A DNA stretch of 32,000 bases from Promethearchaeota archaeon (GTDB taxonomy: Archaea > Asgardarchaeota > Lokiarchaeia > Sigyniarchaeales > SOKP01): positions 1 through 32,000 of the forward strand of contig JAUWGH010000009.1 in NCBI GenBank assembly GCA_030606485.1. Reading direction: 5' to 3'. The notes under the pieces were generated by a model. That model did not search any database. It was given only the letters and a program-made list of their open reading frames with translations, and was not told the origin of the DNA. A program made the position numbers and the translations under genes. This document shows, piece after piece, positions 27,865 through 32,000 of the stretch; the first letter of the stretch is position 1, and every line of letters begins with the position of its first letter.

Positions 27865-29727
27865 ATGTCACAATCTCAAAATATAGCTAGATTGGATTTT
27901 ATAAATTTTCCTCAGAAAATTTTAATTCCTAATCAAGATTTTCAGTTGAATTTTCAAATTACAAATAATTCTGCAAATTCAGAACTTTATAAATTAATTA
28001 TTAGTGTAGAGAATTTAGATATTATACAATCCGAAGAGTTTGCTAAAGGTTTACAATTTAAGGGGAATGAAACTCAGCAGTTTAAAATAAATTTACGCCC
28101 TAAAATTGATGGACAAGGTAAAATAACATTTAATATAACTCATCTGAAAACTGTTCAATACACCGTTAAAGTGCAAAAAATAAGAGAGATTGTATCAATA
28201 AGTAAAATTAATGAGATTTTTGGTAAAGAATACATTTCTTCATCAGATATGGAGGATCTTTTCTTCAAAGATGAGTTTGTAGTAAATATGAGTGATATTG
28301 AAATTCAAGAAGCTCTTAATATATTGGATCTACCCGATGAACCCCCTGTTGCATCAGAATATAGTGAAGAACTTTCCTCTCCATTTTGTCCTCCCGAACA
28401 AAAAAATATCATAATTAAAAAAATTGCAAAAGCCTACTTTACGAAAAAGGAACTTGTAAAATCATTTAAAATAATTGAAAGATTATCAGATGTTAATGAG
28501 CGATGGAATTTATACTCTGATTTGGTTAGAGCATATGCATTTATTAATGTTAAAGAAGCCGTTGATTATGCTGGTGTGATTCCTGATAAGAAAAAAAAAG
28601 ATAATTTGCTTAAAAATATTGCATTAGATATAATTTCAATTGATGCTGAACAAGCAAGTCAAATTGCATTACTAATTGATGACTCTAAATTAAAAGAAAC
28701 ACTCTTATCAGAAATATTATTCAAATGTGTAAAGGGAGAACCTTTATTAGCTATAAAAATATCAAATCTTATTGAAGATTTAACTTTAAGGATATTAGTT
28801 TTATTTGAAATTTGTTCTGCATTATTAGCGCAAAATAATAAATCAAAAGTATTAGAACTTTTACAACTAATTTTAAAGACGCTTCTTATTGAAAAATCTG
28901 TTAATTTAGCAGAAAATAAGTTTAATAATTTTAATTTTCATCTATTTATAAATTCTATTCATGCTATTGCTGAATTGGATTCTCCAAAATCTGCTGATGC
29001 CTACATAAAATCACTTAAAGATAAAAAATTGAGAAAAAAAATCAAAAAGGATCTATTTGAGGTAATTTATAAAATGGTTGATGAGACACGCACAAGAATT
29101 GATCCAATCATTGTGATTAATCAATATTTCCTGATAAATACATATTCTTCAACTATTTTTGGGGAATTATCAAATTTTGCAAATATGGATGGTAATATAA
29201 GTGAAAATATATTATCTAAAAATTTTAATTTTAAAATATTAGTATTTTGTCTATTTGGGTATTCATTTCATACATTTCCCTTTTTTGATAGGATTTATAA
29301 TGAATTAAAGAAAGAAAACAGTAATTTATTTGCATATTACACATTACCCGTAAAAGGAAAGCATAATGAAAGTGATTCTATCATAATAAAAAAAACAATT
29401 AAACATTTTTTCAAATCAAATTTTTCACAAATGAATAATGATATTTATCTTTTCAATTTGGATTTCATTCCGTATTTAAATGCACCCACAATTATTATGG
29501 AGTCTGATCCCACTATAAATAATTCGATTCAATCAAAAATAAACAGTAAATTGGGAAATAAAATAAGTTTTATTCTCGATAATGGAGTTTTTAAAGGTGG
29601 GGATATCCCAAAAATTTTAAAATCCATATTTACTAACAACAATTTTAAAATTATCAATTTAGTATTATCTTATGAAATACTAAATAATTATATTTTATTT
29701 AAGGACTTTCTTAAGGCATTGTTATAA
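27865..29727 (+). CDS. Hypothetical protein: N-terminal Ig-like beta-sandwich, central helical repeats, C-terminal alpha/beta region
   Basis: N-terminal FQLNFQITNNS...FKGNETQQFKINLRPKIDGQGKITFNI pattern (CARDB-like), followed by alpha-solenoid-like repeats. Domain calls are inference. Confidence 0.75.
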   Translation: MSQSQNIARLDFINFPQKILIPNQDFQLNFQITNNSANSELYKLIISVENLDIIQSEEFAKGLQFKGNETQQFKINLRPKIDGQGKITFNITHLKTVQYTVKVQKIREIVSISKINEIFGKEYISSSDMEDLFFKDEFVVNMSDIEIQEALNILDLPDEPPVASEYSEELSSPFCPPEQKNIIIKKIAKAYFTKKELVKSFKIIERLSDVNERWNLYSDLVRAYAFINVKEAVDYAGVIPDKKKKDNLLKNIALDIISIDAEQASQIALLIDDSKLKETLLSEILFKCVKGEPLLAIKISNLIEDLTLRILVLFEICSALLAQNNKSKVLELLQLILKTLLIEKSVNLAENKFNNFNFHLFINSIHAIAELDSPKSADAYIKSLKDKKLRKKIKKDLFEVIYKMVDETRTRIDPIIVINQYFLINTYSSTIFGELSNFANMDGNISENILSKNFNFKILVFCLFGYSFHTFPFFDRIYNELKKENSNLFAYYTLPVKGKHNESDSIIIKKTIKHFFKSNFSQMNNDIYLFNLDFIPYLNAPTIIMESDPTINNSIQSKINSKLGNKISFILDNGVFKGGDIPKILKSIFTNNNFKIINLVLSYEILNNYILFKDFLKALL

Positions 29728-29742
29728 AGGCGTAATAAAAAA

Positions 29743-31494
29743 ATGGCAAAAGGGAAAAAAGAGAAAAAGAAAAAGAAAGAAGATGAAGGACCCTCAAGTG
29801 CTGGGTTATTTTCAGCTCTTAGTGGAGGGGCAGAAAAAAGAGATATTTCTGACTCAAATACTCTATTTCAAGCCAATATAGCATCTTTCTCAGATTTTAA
29901 AAAAGGAAAAAAGCATGTTGATGCAAAAAGCATTTCTAAAGTTAAACGTGCAACATTTGGCTCTAAAGTTGAAAAAAAAGATAAATTATCTGTTGGAACT
30001 GATTATCAAGAAGTTATTCTTCCAGAGATCCCATGGGGTGAAATGCTTGCAGATATAAGTAATTGGACGCCACTCCCTTTTACGCATGGGATCGAGATGG
30101 AGCTTATAATCTGTGATGATGATGGGAATTATCCTCCTGGTGATGAAATGGTTTTTAGAATGAAAGAAATTGTTAAAGAATCTATAAAAATAATGAATGA
30201 AATTATCTATGAGGGGCGAGAGGATTTTTTACCAATGCCTGATTATATTCGAGGGAAAATCATGCAAGCTCCCTTTGGAAAGGATGATATCGAAAAAGGG
30301 CATGTAATGAATATTTCATATAATCTTCAAGGAACCGAATTAAATATTGATAGTTTTGGAAGAGATGGAAATGTCACTGCCATTACTTATATTTTAGAAT
30401 TAGTCACTCCCCCCTGTGAATACGTCGAAGAATTAGCTTATTGGTCCTCAACATTATTTTTATTGGCAAAAAAAACACTTCCCAGAGATTTGCATATAGT
30501 AGCTTCTGCCATAAATCCTACATCAAAAGAATATCAGAGAGGTTTATCGCAAGCAGATCATCATCATTTAGGTGATTTTAGTTCCGAATTAGAAAAAATG
30601 CAAATTTATTGTATGATAAGAAATTTCATACCTCATCTTATTGCATTATCAACTAATTCCCCTATTATGAATAATAGGCCTACAGATGTTATCAAAATAA
30701 TCAATAATAGAATAACTGCTCCTAACTGTGTTCGTTCTTTAAGATTAAAATATAATTTAACTATGTTGTCCAGTAACGATCCCAATTTTTTTATGCCTTA
30801 TCTTAGTGAAGGTGGTGAAAAAGGGCTTAATTACTTTTTACAAGTAGTTAATAAAGCTAGTAGAGAAGATGGACGATTTCAAGATATTTTTCCATTTACT
30901 GATTGGGGAACTATTGAAATAAGAGCAATGGATGCACAGATTTCAATTTGTAGAAGAATTGGATTAGGATTACTTGTTCAAGCACTATGTTATAAAGCTA
31001 GAAAATTATATCAAAACAAACAATGGGTTCCAGATGCAGGTTCTGAAACACTTGCCTTTAATCGTGCGAGCGTAATTAACAGAGGGTTAATCGCCCTATT
31101 TAAACCAATAAATCTAACAAAGGAAACACTAGTAGAATATGATCCTGAATTTGCTGAAGCATATCTTGGACCTGATGATAATCCTAATCGCTATATGTTT
31201 CAAGCAGTTCAAAGGATGTTCATATATCTTAAACCGGAATTGAAAGAATTGGGTTTTTTATATTCTCCTTTTTTAAAGCCACTCTTACAATCAGTTTTTG
31301 GAAATGTTTCATATGCTGAACCCCCAATAACTGAAGCAGAATATCAATTAAGTCTTTTTCAGTATAAAATAGATAATGACCAATTTCCAGATGTTCTTGA
31401 AGATTTAATCTATTTTACTATTGAATATTGTCAAGATCCCTTAAATCAGCCTTTAACGGGAACTTTAATTCTACCGAAAGAAATGAGAGAATAA
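29743..31494 (+). CDS. Glutamate-cysteine ligase family 2 (YbdK/GCS2-like carboxylate-amine ligase) with Lys-rich N-terminal extension
   Basis: THGIEMELII, ILELVTPPC, HHHLG, HLIALSTNSP and WGTIEIRAMDAQ. Confidence 0.8.
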   Translation: MAKGKKEKKKKKEDEGPSSAGLFSALSGGAEKRDISDSNTLFQANIASFSDFKKGKKHVDAKSISKVKRATFGSKVEKKDKLSVGTDYQEVILPEIPWGEMLADISNWTPLPFTHGIEMELIICDDDGNYPPGDEMVFRMKEIVKESIKIMNEIIYEGREDFLPMPDYIRGKIMQAPFGKDDIEKGHVMNISYNLQGTELNIDSFGRDGNVTAITYILELVTPPCEYVEELAYWSSTLFLLAKKTLPRDLHIVASAINPTSKEYQRGLSQADHHHLGDFSSELEKMQIYCMIRNFIPHLIALSTNSPIMNNRPTDVIKIINNRITAPNCVRSLRLKYNLTMLSSNDPNFFMPYLSEGGEKGLNYFLQVVNKASREDGRFQDIFPFTDWGTIEIRAMDAQISICRRIGLGLLVQALCYKARKLYQNKQWVPDAGSETLAFNRASVINRGLIALFKPINLTKETLVEYDPEFAEAYLGPDDNPNRYMFQAVQRMFIYLKPELKELGFLYSPFLKPLLQSVFGNVSYAEPPITEAEYQLSLFQYKIDNDQFPDVLEDLIYFTIEYCQDPLNQPLTGTLILPKEMRE

Positions 31495-31513
31495 ATATTA
31501 GGTATCTTTAAAA

Positions 31514-32000
31514 ATGTTAACTGTTAAAATTGAAAGCACAAAAAGAACACATATAAAAAATTTATTTGTTATAGATGCACATTCACACATTGGCGAAGAT
31601 GTAGATGGAGCCACAATGATGAATCCTCTTGCTCCTGGTTCTGGAACTTTTGATTTCTGGGCAAATGTACAAGCAAAATTAATTGAAGAATGGAATAAAA
31701 CAGGAGAAAAAACTTTCCAAACTATATTAGACGGTGAATCAGTTAAATTAACTTTCGATTTTGAACCTATACCTTTTATTAAAAAAACTTTTGAAAATTT
31801 ACAAACGTTAAATGGAAATTTTTCGGATATTAAAGAAAAAATAAGATATGCTACATTTATTGACCAAGCTGTAGTTTTTCCCTTTCAGGATACTTTTAGA
31901 AATAAGCGACCAGAAGCCATGTATCGCGCAAGTAATATTAATACATCAAGATTCACAACACGTTTTCCATTTTCATTTAAATTGATTGGATATTGTCGTG
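31514..32000 (+). CDS. Amidohydrolase-superfamily protein, N-terminal part; runs off the right edge; missing from the ORF track
   Basis: ATG 31514, open to the window end: MLTVKIESTKRTHIKNLFVIDAHSHIGEDVDG...IDQAVVFPF...YRASNINTSRF...KLIGYCR; HxH metal motif. Confidence 0.82.
   Translation, partial: MLTVKIESTKRTHIKNLFVIDAHSHIGEDVDGATMMNPLAPGSGTFDFWANVQAKLIEEWNKTGEKTFQTILDGESVKLTFDFEPIPFIKKTFENLQTLNGNFSDIKEKIRYATFIDQAVVFPFQDTFRNKRPEAMYRASNINTSRFTTRFPFSFKLIGYCR

Noticed and set aside
1-32000. Genome-wide TGA reassignment (three in-frame TGAs seen)
   Set aside because: TGA is a genuine stop at 13205 (ATGA overlap) and 25929, and TGG encodes Trp normally.
1-32000. CRISPR arrays, tRNA/rRNA genes, IS elements
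   Set aside because: No repeat-spacer arrays, cloverleaf-like GC-rich segments or transposase motifs were seen by eye.

Overview
Very AT-rich archaeal DNA. The gene content (roadblock-fused Rab-like GTPase, multi-PAS protein, Hdr cluster, archaeal TATA boxes) points to an Asgard archaeon, probably Lokiarchaeota-like; this is inference. Left to right: a multi-PAS protein running off the left edge, a HEAT-repeat protein, dihydrolipoamide dehydrogenase, a DMT transporter and small hypotheticals. Next is a 12.7-kb minus-strand electron-bifurcation operon (hdrC-hdrB-hdrA'-hdrA''-mvhD-wHTH-hdrA(fused)-mvhD/flxD-flxC-flxB-flxA-frhB-like). Then a roadblock-GTPase, a beta-sandwich protein with an in-frame TGA, two MscS-like genes, a GH38 alpha-mannosidase, an orphan N6-adenine methyltransferase followed by an RNase J-like remnant, and a three-gene run (Ig-like/helical protein, GCS2-type ligase, amidohydrolase). 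The main finding is a 30-nt stop-containing insertion (23173-23202) in the GH38 gene. It folds into an archaeal bulge-helix-bulge motif, and canonical cleavage of that motif restores the HWDRE|WY metal-binding motif in frame, so it is a candidate mRNA micro-intron. The second is an unannotated N-terminal extension (GTG 19978) that reads C-I-T-TGA, a candidate CxxU selenoprotein.
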